This document shows, piece by piece, positions 19,739 through 28,996 of a DNA stretch of 64,000 nucleotides (the stretch's first letter is position 1; the number at the start of each line of letters is the position of its first letter). The translations under genes and the position numbers were made by a program. The stretch comes from an uncultured Mediterraneibacter sp. (GTDB taxonomy: Bacteria; Bacillota; Clostridia; Lachnospirales; Lachnospiraceae), in contig CALWFZ010000005.1 of NCBI GenBank assembly GCA_944377805.1, positions 50,697-114,696 on the forward strand. The letters run 5' to 3'. The notes beneath the pieces are model-generated. The model had not been told where the DNA came from. It was given only the letters and a program-made list of their open reading frames with translations, and searched no databases.

Positions 19739-20173
19739 TTATCTTCCGAAAAATCTTTTCTTTTTCTTTTCCGGCTGTTCGATGGAACCGCCTCTTACAC
19801 TTTTGATGCCGGTTATGTACAGTCCGCTTACGACTGCTTTGATCTCCTTTTTAATGGGGAGAACTTCAAAGACTTTGCCGTCGCACATAAGCGTCGTGAT
19901 CTTCGGTCCGACCTTTGCCTTTACTACGGGTACTTTCGTACGCCGCAGGTATTTCGGCGTGTTTTCAACTACCATTGCCGGGAGTCCGGCGTCCTTCAGC
20001 CTCATTTTCTTTTTATCAATGACAAGCATGCTGATTGTCTGAGCGACTGCGTCCATCTGCTCCTGCTGTTCGGCCTGCTTTTTCTGCGCTCTTTTTCCAA
20101 AGAAATAGAGAGCGATGCATGCGGCGATCAGGACAACGAGAATGACGATCAACACAATGGTTAATGGACTCAC
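19739..20173 (-). CDS. Hypothetical single-pass membrane protein (144 aa)
   Basis: N-terminal TM LTIVLIVILVVLIAACIALYFF followed by a charged coiled segment and a beta-rich C-domain. RBS is GGAGGG. Confidence 0.6.
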   Translation of the reverse strand: MSPLTIVLIVILVVLIAACIALYFFGKRAQKKQAEQQEQMDAVAQTISMLVIDKKKMRLKDAGLPAMVVENTPKYLRRTKVPVVKAKVGPKITTLMCDGKVFEVLPIKKEIKAVVSGLYITGIKSVRGGSIEQPEKKKKRFFGR

Positions 20174-20325
20174 GATATAAAACCCTCCTAAATGTTACAT
20201 TTTCTGCTTTTTCGCTTTTAGTATTTTACCATTGTTTTCAGGTGAGCGCAAGATAATAAGTGTATTTTAGGGTTTGCTTTTGGAGGGGGAAACGGGTATA
20301 CTGTTATGGAAAAGGAGTTTTATTT

Positions 20326-21801
20326 ATGGCAGAAATGATTTGGAACGGAGTGGTGACGGTCTATACGTTTATTATGGACAACATCGTCATTATTAATGTT
20401 CTCTTCGCGCTGATTATTGTGTTTTTTCAGAGGCGATCTCCGCAGACAGTATGGACATGGCTGCTTCTGCTGTATTTTATACCAATACTTGGATTTATTC
20501 TCTATCTGGTGATCGGCCAGGACTTTCACAAGAGCAGGATGTTTAAAGCAAAAGAGATAGAAGGCGAGCTTAAGTATGCCGTGAGAAGGCAGGAGGAGAC
20601 GATCTATCACAAGAGACTGAGACTTGCCAATCCTGAGATGGCGCGCTTCAAAGATCTGATTCTGTATAATCTGGAGGCCGGAGAGGCGGTTCTGACGGAC
20701 AACAATGATATCAGGATCTATACAGACGGCAAGGCGAAATTCCGCGCGCTGATCGAGGAGATGAGGCAGGCAAAGCGGTATATTCATGTCCAGTACTATA
20801 TTATAAGAAATGACGAACTCTGGCAGGAGATTGAAAAAGTTTTAATCGAGAAAGCGAGAGAGGGTGTGGAAGTCCGTGTCCTGTTTGACAGCATGGGATG
20901 CCGGACGATGAAAAATAAAGACTGGGAACGTCTTGAGGCAGAAGGGATTCAGGTTGCCGAGTTCTTTCCGGCATTGCTCGGGAAGCTGCAGCTGCGCGTA
21001 AATTATCGGAATCACAGAAAGATCGTGGTTATTGACGGCAGGATCGGATTTGTGGGCGGATTTAATGTGGGAAGAGAATATCTCGGCCGTGATAAGAAGT
21101 TCGGATACTGGAGAGATACGCATCTGTGCATTGAGGGCGCGGCAGTGACTTCGCTCGCGGTGCGTTTTGTGCTGGACTGGAACTATGCGGCGAAGGAGAA
21201 TCTGTTTCTTGAAGACACGCTATTTGAGATCCCTCAGTATATCCGGAGGGGGAGAGATCCGGTACAGATCATATCCAGCGGACCGGATTCACAGATTAAG
21301 ACGATACATGACAACTATCTTCGCCTGATTCACAGCGCCAAGGACCATGTGTATATACAGACCCCATATTTTATACCGGATGAATCTATCTTCGATGCCC
21401 TCAGAATCGCCAGCCGGTCCGGGATTGACGTACGCATTATGGTGCCCTGTAAGCCGGACCATCCGTTTGTTTACTGGGCGACGTACTCATATCTCGGCGA
21501 TATGGTGGCGGCCGGCGCCAGATGTTATGTATATAATAATGGATTTTTACATGCAAAGACGCTGACTGTGGACGGCATGGTGGCATGTGTGGGTACCGCC
21601 AATATGGACATCAGAAGCTTTGGGCTTAATTTTGAGGTGAATGCCGTGATCTACAGCGAGAGAACCGTGCAGAAGTTAGAGCGCGCATTTGAGAATGATA
21701 TGACCCAGTGTACCCATGTGACAAGAAAAGTGTATGACGAGAGGGGCCTTGTCATTAAAGGAAAAGAACAGTTCTCAAGATTACTGTCGCCTCTTTTATA
21801 A
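20326..21801 (+). CDS. cls: Cardiolipin synthase
   Basis: Two N-terminal TM helices and two HKD motifs (NHRKIVVIDG, LHAKTLTVDG). The ATG at 20326 follows AAAGGAG. Confidence 0.9.
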   Translation: MAEMIWNGVVTVYTFIMDNIVIINVLFALIIVFFQRRSPQTVWTWLLLLYFIPILGFILYLVIGQDFHKSRMFKAKEIEGELKYAVRRQEETIYHKRLRLANPEMARFKDLILYNLEAGEAVLTDNNDIRIYTDGKAKFRALIEEMRQAKRYIHVQYYIIRNDELWQEIEKVLIEKAREGVEVRVLFDSMGCRTMKNKDWERLEAEGIQVAEFFPALLGKLQLRVNYRNHRKIVVIDGRIGFVGGFNVGREYLGRDKKFGYWRDTHLCIEGAAVTSLAVRFVLDWNYAAKENLFLEDTLFEIPQYIRRGRDPVQIISSGPDSQIKTIHDNYLRLIHSAKDHVYIQTPYFIPDESIFDALRIASRSGIDVRIMVPCKPDHPFVYWATYSYLGDMVAAGARCYVYNNGFLHAKTLTVDGMVACVGTANMDIRSFGLNFEVNAVIYSERTVQKLERAFENDMTQCTHVTRKVYDERGLVIKGKEQFSRLLSPLL

Positions 21802-21864
21802 GTAAGGAAAAGGAAGCAGCGGAGAAAAACCGTGGAAATAAAGATGATTAAAAGGAGAAAAAGG

Positions 21865-22947
21865 ATGAAAAAGAAACTTATCAGCGTAATACTCGCCACA
21901 GCACTGGCAGCAGCACTTGCAGGATGCAGCGGGGAATTATCAAATGAATATGTAACGGTGACACAGTATAAAGGTCTGGAAGTTCCCCAGGTTACCCAGT
22001 CGGAAGATGTGACGGACGAAGAGGTGGAGCAGGCGATACAGAGCAATCTTTCCGCTTACGCGGGGAGAGAGGCTGTCACAGACCGGGCTGCCCAGAATGG
22101 AGATATTGTAAATATTGACTATACAGGGTATCTTGACGGAGTAGCGTTTGACGGCGGAACCGCAGAGGGAGCCGAACTTCAGTTGGGAAGCAATACTTTT
22201 ATCGGCGCGACGGATGACTATGCGGGCTTTGAGGAGCAAATCGTAGGGCATAATCCGGGAGATGAGTTTGACATTCAGGTTCAGTTCCCTGATCCGTACA
22301 GTGTGAATACGGAGATGTCAGGGGCAGTGGCGGATTTTCACATCGTCTTAAACTCGATCGAGGTGGAGATACTTCCGGACTTAACTGACGAGTGGGTACA
22401 GGAGAACAGCGAGGAGTCGGAGACTGTGGATGAATATCGGGAAGAGATCCGCGCACAGCTCGAGGAGACCTATCAGGAGTCGATCCGTTCGGAACTGTCA
22501 GCTTCTGTTCAGGAGGCGCTTCTTGACAAGATAGAAGTAAAAGTTTATCCGGAAGATGTTGTCAACGAACAGGTGGAACAGATGACAGAGATGTATACCC
22601 AGATGGCAGAGATGTACGGTGTGGAACTGAGCGAGTTCCTTGAGACGTATATGCAGACGACAGAAGAAGACTTCAATGCCGATGTGCTGGAGGCGGCGCA
22701 GAATACAGCCGCATTTGACGAAGCGGCGAAGCTGATCGCAAGCAAAGAAAATCTGGAACCTACTGAGGAGGAATACGACGAAAAGATCGCCGAATATGCC
22801 GAGGAGGCAGGAGCCGAAGATGTGGATGCGTATATAGAAGAAGTGGGGGAAGATGTGTTAAAAACGGCAATCTTAAGAGAGGCAGTCACTGACTATCTGG
22901 TAGATGAATGCATTCAGGTGGAGCAGACAGACAGCAGCGCGGAATAA
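21865..22947 (+). CDS. Lipoprotein homologous to the trigger-factor PPIase and C-terminal chaperone domains
   Basis: Lipobox ALAGC after MKKKLISVILATALAAA. The FKBP-like stretch GDIVNIDYTGYLDGVAFDGGTAEGAELQLGSNTFI and an acidic helical C-domain resemble trigger factor. The ribosome-binding N-domain is absent. Confidence 0.7.
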   Translation: MKKKLISVILATALAAALAGCSGELSNEYVTVTQYKGLEVPQVTQSEDVTDEEVEQAIQSNLSAYAGREAVTDRAAQNGDIVNIDYTGYLDGVAFDGGTAEGAELQLGSNTFIGATDDYAGFEEQIVGHNPGDEFDIQVQFPDPYSVNTEMSGAVADFHIVLNSIEVEILPDLTDEWVQENSEESETVDEYREEIRAQLEETYQESIRSELSASVQEALLDKIEVKVYPEDVVNEQVEQMTEMYTQMAEMYGVELSEFLETYMQTTEEDFNADVLEAAQNTAAFDEAAKLIASKENLEPTEEEYDEKIAEYAEEAGAEDVDAYIEEVGEDVLKTAILREAVTDYLVDECIQVEQTDSSAE

Positions 22948-23004
22948 CCGTGTGTCTGAGAGAATAAATACAGACAGCCAATAATAGAATAAGGAGGGAG
23001 AGCC

Positions 23005-23871
23005 ATGAAGATGGAGAACGGCAGACTCTGTGTGGAGATCTCAGAGCTGGGCGCGGAAGTGACACGGGTATTTGACAAGATAAAGCAGACGGATGTCCTA
23101 TGGGAGGCAGATCCGACTTACTGGAAACGGCATTCTCCGGTGCTGTTTCCCAATGTGGGGAAGACTTATCGCAATACGGTGCTTATCGGAGGAGTCCAGT
23201 ATCCGACTTCCCAGCACGGATTCGCGAGAGACAGCCGGTTCAAATGTATCTGTGAAAAGAAGAACATGGTATCCTTTCTCCTTGTGTCCAGCGAGGAGAC
23301 AAAAGAAGTATATCCCTTTGATTTTGAGCTGATCATCACTTACAGGTTGGATGATAACGTCCTGAGCGTAGAGTGGGAGGTACGCAATCCGGGAGAGGAA
23401 GAGTTGTATTTTACTATCGGAGGGCATCCGGCTTTCCGCTTTGCTCAACCGGGGGAGAAAAAGACGGATTATATGCTGAAATTTCCGGGAAAAGAGTCAT
23501 TGGAATATATTCTGATCGATCCTGATGAGGCGGCAGCAGATCCGGAGAAAATACATAAGCTTACTCTGAAAAATGAATGCTGCCCGCTGACGGAGGAACT
23601 GTTTGCCAATGACGCGCTGATCTTTGATCACGGACAGATCGAGGAAGTGCTCATCTGCCACAGAGACGGCACGCCTTATGTGAAGATGGAGTGTGAAGGT
23701 TTTCCGAACTTCGGCATCTGGTCCGTAAAAGACGCGCCTTTCGTTTGTCTGGAACCGTGGATGGGAAGATGCGATGACATCGGGTATACGGGTGAACTTT
23801 CGGAGAAACCGAACGTTAATAAAGTGGCGCCTGGAGAGTCTTTCAAAAAAGGATACCGCGTCATTGTCTGA
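23005..23871 (+). CDS. Aldose 1-epimerase family protein
   Basis: Pattern WKRHSPVLFPNVGK, GFARD, TIGGHPAF and LEPW, typical of galactose-mutarotase-like proteins. Confidence 0.8.
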   Translation: MKMENGRLCVEISELGAEVTRVFDKIKQTDVLWEADPTYWKRHSPVLFPNVGKTYRNTVLIGGVQYPTSQHGFARDSRFKCICEKKNMVSFLLVSSEETKEVYPFDFELIITYRLDDNVLSVEWEVRNPGEEELYFTIGGHPAFRFAQPGEKKTDYMLKFPGKESLEYILIDPDEAAADPEKIHKLTLKNECCPLTEELFANDALIFDHGQIEEVLICHRDGTPYVKMECEGFPNFGIWSVKDAPFVCLEPWMGRCDDIGYTGELSEKPNVNKVAPGESFKKGYRVIV

Positions 23872-23936
23872 CAGTCAGAAAAGATAATATGACTGATGAT
23901 CTAAAGATGGCTGTAACGGCCTGTAAGGAGGATGTT

Positions 23937-24266
23937 ATGACTTTTGCGCAGATGTTTTCAAAAGTAAAAGATATGCTGAAAAATGCTGATGTGAGCCACA
24001 TTCAGGAACACCTGGCTTATCAGTTCAATATTACGGGGGAAGCAGAGGGAGTTTTTTACGCCGAGGTAAAAGACGGACAGTTGTATGTTGAACCTTATGA
24101 GTATTTTGACCGTGACGCGATGTTTACCTGTAAGGCGGAGACTCTGTTCAAGATTGCCGAGGGCAGAATGGATCCGATTCTTGCGGTTACACTCGGAAAA
24201 TTAAAAGTCGAAGGCAATATTGAAAGAGCTCTGAAATTAAAGGACATAATGAAGAGCAAGGCCTGA
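23937..24266 (+). CDS. SCP2 sterol-binding-domain protein
   Basis: The C-terminal GKLKVEGNIERALKL motif is typical of the SCP2 fold. The ATG at 23937 follows TAAGGAGGA. Confidence 0.65.
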   Translation: MTFAQMFSKVKDMLKNADVSHIQEHLAYQFNITGEAEGVFYAEVKDGQLYVEPYEYFDRDAMFTCKAETLFKIAEGRMDPILAVTLGKLKVEGNIERALKLKDIMKSKA

Positions 24267-24335
24267 CAAGCTTGACGCGGTCTGCGAATGCCTGATAATA
24301 TAAGAAAAATAAAAATGTGCAGGGGAGGAAATGTC

Positions 24336-25109
24336 ATGCTGCTTACGATCGATGTGGGAAATACGAATATAACAATGGGAGTATTCGAGAAAGAATTCCT
24401 GCAAGGGATGTTCCGCATGACGACGAACCGTCCCCGCACATCAGATGAATACGGTTTTACGATCTGCGGCATACTGGAACACAGGGCCATTGATCCGGGC
24501 AGGATTCAGGATGTGATTATAGCGTCGGTTGTACCGGATATTATGCACTCCCTCACAAGCGGAGTCATCAAATACCTGCACACGACGCCTTTGATCGTGT
24601 CAGCCGAATCAGATACCGGAGTCTGCGTCAATACAGAGAACCCATCCAGAACCGGCCCTGACCGGATCGTAAATGCGGCAGCCGGCTATGCGATAGCGAA
24701 AGGACCGGCCATTGTTATAGATTTCGGAACCGCAACAACGTACGATCTGATTGGCCCCGACAGGACGCTGGAAGCATGCATCATTGCTCCCGGCATCGAG
24801 ACTGCGGGCCGTTCTCTCTGGGGAGGGGCCGCGATGCTGCCGGCAATACAGATACAGAAACCCGGCTCCATACTTGCCCGGGAGACAGTCTCCGGTATGC
24901 AGGGAGGACTGGTGTTCGGAGCCATCGGACAGACGGAGTACATTGTAAAGCGGATGAAAGAGGAGTCGGGGTATGCGGACGCATATGTAATCGCTACGGG
25001 CGGGCTTGGCAAGATCATCGCGAAAGAGACCGAGTGTATTGATTTATATGATCCGCAGCTTACGCTGAACGGCCTGCGGCTGATTTACGACAGGATAAAG
25101 GGGAAATAG
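24336..25109 (+). CDS. coaX: Type III pantothenate kinase
   Basis: LLTIDVGNTNI, GPDRIVNA and DFGTATT motifs. Confidence 0.9.
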   Translation: MLLTIDVGNTNITMGVFEKEFLQGMFRMTTNRPRTSDEYGFTICGILEHRAIDPGRIQDVIIASVVPDIMHSLTSGVIKYLHTTPLIVSAESDTGVCVNTENPSRTGPDRIVNAAAGYAIAKGPAIVIDFGTATTYDLIGPDRTLEACIIAPGIETAGRSLWGGAAMLPAIQIQKPGSILARETVSGMQGGLVFGAIGQTEYIVKRMKEESGYADAYVIATGGLGKIIAKETECIDLYDPQLTLNGLRLIYDRIKGK

Positions 25110-25123
25110 AAAAACAGAGAATT

Positions 25124-26083
25124 ATGAAACGTTTGAAGATAGGAAACGTAGAACTTGAAAACCGATATATTTTAGGACCTATGGCAGGAGTGACGGACCT
25201 GCCATTTCGTCTGCTCTGCCGGGAGCAGGGGGCGGGCCTTCTCGGGATGGAGATGGTAAGCGCAAAGGCGATTTACTATAATAACCGGAATACGGAGAGT
25301 TTGCTCGAGATCCATCCGAAGGAGCAGCCGGTCTCTTTGCAGCTCTTCGGTTCGGACCCCGAAATTATGAGCGAGATGGCAAAAAGGATTGAAGAGCGGC
25401 CTTTTGCTATTCTGGACATTAATATGGGATGTCCGGTCCCGAAAGTCGTAAAGAACGGCGAGGGTTCGGCTCTTATGAAAAATCCGAAGCTGGTCTATGA
25501 GATTGTCAGCAAAGTCGCCAGGGCCATCAATAAGCCGGTGACAGTCAAGATAAGAAAGGGATTTGACGATGAGCATGTAAACGCAGTGGAGATCGCCAAG
25601 ATCATCGAGGAGGCCGGGGGCGCTGCGGTAGCTGTGCACGGGAGGACAAGAGAACAGTATTACAGCGGACACGCGGACTGGGATATAATACGACAGGTCA
25701 GGGAAGCGGTGTCGATCCCCGTCATTGGAAACGGTGATGTGACATCTCCTCAGAAAGCAGATGAACTGGCAGAGACGACAGGGTGCGACGGGATTATGAT
25801 CGCCCGGGGAGCGCAGGGAAATCCGTGGATTTTTTCCCAGCTGACAGCATGGGAAGAGACGGGAGTGATGCCGCCTGAACCGGACAAAGAGGAAGTGCGC
25901 AGGATGATCTTAAGACATGCCCGTTTACAGCTTGAGTATAAAGGAGGATTTTCCGGTATCCGGGAGATGAGAAAACATGTTGCATGGTACACAAAAGGCA
26001 TCAAAGGAGCGGCGCGTTTGAGGGAAAAAGTGAATGCCGTGGAGAGCCTTGAAGAACTGGAAAATCTCTTGACATCATTATAG
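25124..26083 (+). CDS. dusB: tRNA-dihydrouridine synthase
   Basis: LGPMAGVTDLPFR, DINMGCP and HGRTREQ motifs. Confidence 0.9.
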   Translation: MKRLKIGNVELENRYILGPMAGVTDLPFRLLCREQGAGLLGMEMVSAKAIYYNNRNTESLLEIHPKEQPVSLQLFGSDPEIMSEMAKRIEERPFAILDINMGCPVPKVVKNGEGSALMKNPKLVYEIVSKVARAINKPVTVKIRKGFDDEHVNAVEIAKIIEEAGGAAVAVHGRTREQYYSGHADWDIIRQVREAVSIPVIGNGDVTSPQKADELAETTGCDGIMIARGAQGNPWIFSQLTAWEETGVMPPEPDKEEVRRMILRHARLQLEYKGGFSGIREMRKHVAWYTKGIKGAARLREKVNAVESLEELENLLTSL

Positions 26084-26194
26084 AGTTTGGTTATAATATT
26101 GAAATTGCGAAATAGACTTAAAGAAAACAGACAAGACCCAGGATCTTGTACTTGATAGAAAGAAAAATTAAGTAGCAGAAAGGAAGCGTAACCA

Positions 26195-26680
26195 ATGGCA
26201 GAGGCAAAGAAAAGATTACTTACTTATGCCGGATTAAAGGCACTTGAGGATGAACTTGAAGATCTTAAAGTGGTAAAGAGAAAGGAAGTCGCTGCGAAGA
26301 TCAAGGAAGCCAGAGAGCAGGGGGACCTTTCAGAGAACGCAGAATACGATGCAGCCAAGGATGAGCAGAGAGACATCGAAGCCCGCATCGAGGAGCTGGA
26401 AGGAATCCTGAAAAATGCAGAGGTAGTCGTTGAGGATGAAGTTGACTTTGACAAGATCAATGTAGGATGCACGGTGAAAGTATTCGACATCACATATGAC
26501 GAGGAGATGGAGTTCAAGATCGTCGGCTCCACAGAGGCAAACAGCCTTGAGGGAAAGATTTCCAACGAGTCTCCGGTGGGACAGGCGCTGCTCGGAAAGA
26601 AAGTCGGCGAGACAGTTACCGTAGAGACGCAGGCAGGAGATATTGAGTACAAAGTGCTTGAGATCAGCCGTTCAAAGTAA
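26195..26680 (+). CDS. greA: Transcription elongation factor GreA
   Basis: N-terminal coiled coil containing [18 protein letters not shown], plus a C-terminal FKBP-like domain. Confidence 0.95.
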   Translation: MAEAKKRLLTYAGLKALEDELEDLKVVKRKEVAAKIKEAREQGDLSENAEYDAAKDEQRDIEARIEELEGILKNAEVVVEDEVDFDKINVGCTVKVFDITYDEEMEFKIVGSTEANSLEGKISNESPVGQALLGKKVGETVTVETQAGDIEYKVLEISRSK

Positions 26681-26696
26681 ACATTTGACATGACAC

Positions 26697-26730
26697 AGAC
26701 CTCTTAACTGTTAAGAGGTCTGAATTCGCA
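26697..26730 (+). terminator. Rho-independent terminator after greA
   Basis: CAGACCTCTTAAC / GTTAAGAGGTCTG perfect stem, followed by AATT. The U-tract is weak. Confidence 0.6.
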
Positions 26731-26796
26731 TGTATGGGGTTATAAGAAACACCGTAAAGGCGTAACCATTATGCCGTAAAAAGCACGGCGGGAGTA

Positions 26797-28746
26797 ATGA
26801 AAGGAGAAAATACAGTGGCACAGCAGCAGAAAAACGGACAGGAGCAGGATCTGAATCAGTTGAGAAAGGTGCGCCGCGAGAAACTTGCGGAGCTGCAGCA
26901 GAGCGGGAAAGACCCGTTTGTGATCACAAAATATGATCAGACTCATCATAGCCAGGAGATCAAAGATAATTTTGAGGAGCTGGAAGGCAAACATGTATCC
27001 ATCGCGGGGCGCATGATGTCAAAGCGTGTGATGGGAAAAGCGTCTTTCTGCAATGTGCAGGATCTCAAGGGAAATATCCAGTCCTACGTGGCGAGGGACA
27101 GCATCGGAGAGGAGAACTACAAAGAGTTCAAAAAGCTGGATGTAGGCGATATGATCGGCATTGAGGGCGAGGTGTTTAAGACAAAGACAGGCGAGATGTC
27201 CATCCATGCATCTCATGTGACGCTGCTGTCCAAGAGCCTCCAGATCCTTCCGGAGAAGTTCCACGGACTGACGAACACAGACACGCGTTACCGGCAGAGA
27301 TATGTGGATCTTATTATGAATCCGGAAGTGAAGGATACTTTTATCAAACGTTCCAGGATCATCAGCGCGATCCGCAAATACCTGGACGGACAGGGCTTTA
27401 TGGAGGTTGAGACGCCGATGCTCGTGGAAAATGCCGGAGGAGCTGCCGCGAGACCGTTTGAGACTCATTTCAACGCGCTGAACGAAGATCTGAAGCTGCG
27501 CATTTCCCTGGAGCTTTACCTGAAGAGATTGATTGTGGGCGGACTTGAGAAAGTATATGAGATCGGCCGCGTGTTCCGTAACGAAGGTCTGGATACAAGA
27601 CATAATCCGGAGTTTACACTGATGGAGCTCTATCAGGCATATACAGATTACAACGGAATGATGGATCTGACAGAGAATCTGTACCGCCATGTGGCGCAGG
27701 AAGTACTCGGAACGACAAAGATTGTTTACAACGGCATTGAGATGGACCTCGGGAAACCGTTTGAGCGCATTACCATGGTTGACGCTGTGAAGAAATATTC
27801 CGGCGTGGACTGGAATGAAGTAGAGACCCTGGAACAGGCGAGAGAGCTCGCAAAACAGCACAAAATCGAGTTTGAGGACAGGCATAGGAAGGGAGATATC
27901 CTGAACCTGTTCTTCGAGGAATTCGTAGAGGAACATCTGGTGCAGCCCACATTTGTCATGGATCATCCTATCGAGATCTCGCCGCTGACAAAGAAGAAGC
28001 CGGAGAATCCGGAATATGTAGAGCGTTTTGAGTTCTTCATGAACGGCTGGGAGATGGCAAACGCTTACTCCGAGCTGAATGATCCGATCGACCAGAGAGA
28101 GCGTTTCAAAGCACAGGAGGAGCAGCTCGCTCAGGGCGACGAAGAGGCGAATACAACAGACGAAGATTTCCTGAATGCACTGGAGATCGGTATGCCGCCG
28201 ACAGGCGGTATCGGCTTTGGGATCGATAGGATGTGCATGCTGCTCACAGACAGCGCTGCCATCAGGGATGTGCTCCTGTTCCCGACGATGAAGAGTCTCG
28301 GCGGATCCGACAGCTCTAAGAAAGCAGTCCCGGAGGCGGCAAAAGCAGAGGAGAAACCAGTGGAAAAGATCGACTTCTCCAATGTAAAGATCGAGCCGCT
28401 CTTTGAGGAAATGGTTGACTTTGACACGTTCAGCAAGTCAGATTTCCGCGCTGTGAAGGTGAAAGAGTGCACGGCAGTGCCGAAGTCGAAGAAGCTGTTA
28501 CAGTTCACCCTGGATGATGGAACAGGCACAGACCGCACGATCTTAAGTGGTATTCATGAATATTACGAGCCGGAAGAACTGGTCGGAAAGACCTGTATCG
28601 CGATTGTAAATCTGCCGCCCAGAAAGATGATGGGTATCGATTCCTGCGGTATGCTGATCTCAGCTGTACATGAGGAAGACGGAAAAGAAGGTCTGAATCT
28701 CCTGATGGTGGGCGACCGGATTCCTGCGGGGGCGAAGCTGTATTAA
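26797..28746 (+). CDS. lysS: Lysyl-tRNA synthetase (class II) fused to a C-terminal Trbp111/EMAP-like tRNA-binding domain
   Basis: Class II core ([33 protein letters not shown]). The C-terminal extension reads [23 protein letters not shown]...[17 protein letters not shown]. Confidence 0.9.
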   Translation: MKGENTVAQQQKNGQEQDLNQLRKVRREKLAELQQSGKDPFVITKYDQTHHSQEIKDNFEELEGKHVSIAGRMMSKRVMGKASFCNVQDLKGNIQSYVARDSIGEENYKEFKKLDVGDMIGIEGEVFKTKTGEMSIHASHVTLLSKSLQILPEKFHGLTNTDTRYRQRYVDLIMNPEVKDTFIKRSRIISAIRKYLDGQGFMEVETPMLVENAGGAAARPFETHFNALNEDLKLRISLELYLKRLIVGGLEKVYEIGRVFRNEGLDTRHNPEFTLMELYQAYTDYNGMMDLTENLYRHVAQEVLGTTKIVYNGIEMDLGKPFERITMVDAVKKYSGVDWNEVETLEQARELAKQHKIEFEDRHRKGDILNLFFEEFVEEHLVQPTFVMDHPIEISPLTKKKPENPEYVERFEFFMNGWEMANAYSELNDPIDQRERFKAQEEQLAQGDEEANTTDEDFLNALEIGMPPTGGIGFGIDRMCMLLTDSAAIRDVLLFPTMKSLGGSDSSKKAVPEAAKAEEKPVEKIDFSNVKIEPLFEEMVDFDTFSKSDFRAVKVKECTAVPKSKKLLQFTLDDGTGTDRTILSGIHEYYEPEELVGKTCIAIVNLPPRKMMGIDSCGMLISAVHEEDGKEGLNLLMVGDRIPAGAKLY

Positions 28747-28768
28747 AAATATATAGGAATGTTTTATG

Positions 28769-28808
28769 AAATCCTTTAGAAGAACGATGTCTTCTGAGGG
28801 ATTTTTAT
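28769..28808 (+). terminator. Rho-independent terminator after lysS
   Basis: AATCCTTTAGAAGA / TCTTCTGAGGGATT stem with two G.U pairs and a 6-nt loop, then TTTTATT. Confidence 0.7.
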
Positions 28809-28899
28809 TGGATACCTTGTACAGTATCCTTTACATATCAGAACAATGTTTATGAGATTGCCAGCGAATCAAATATAGGGAATATTTGGAAGATTAAGC

Positions 28900-28928
28900 T
28901 TGAAAAAAATGGACTAATTTAGTAAAAT
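28900..28928 (+). promoter_or_regulatory. Putative promoter of the giant protease gene
   Basis: TTGAAA (28900-28905), 17 nt, then TAAAAT (28923-28928) in an AT-rich intergenic region. Confidence 0.45.
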
Positions 28929-28996
28929 TTATCCCATAGACAACTTTAGTATATTTTGAAAATACAAATTATTTAAGATAAGGAAGATGGGAGTAA

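Noticed and set aside
19556-20164. 202-aa plus-strand ORF starting in the intergenic repeat
   Set aside because: It runs through two terminators, repeat copy 2 and the antisense of a well-formed membrane-protein gene, so it is an artefact of an open frame.
27019-27966. 315-aa ORF antisense to lysS
   Set aside because: This is a shadow ORF opposite a conserved class II synthetase core, with no RBS or motifs.
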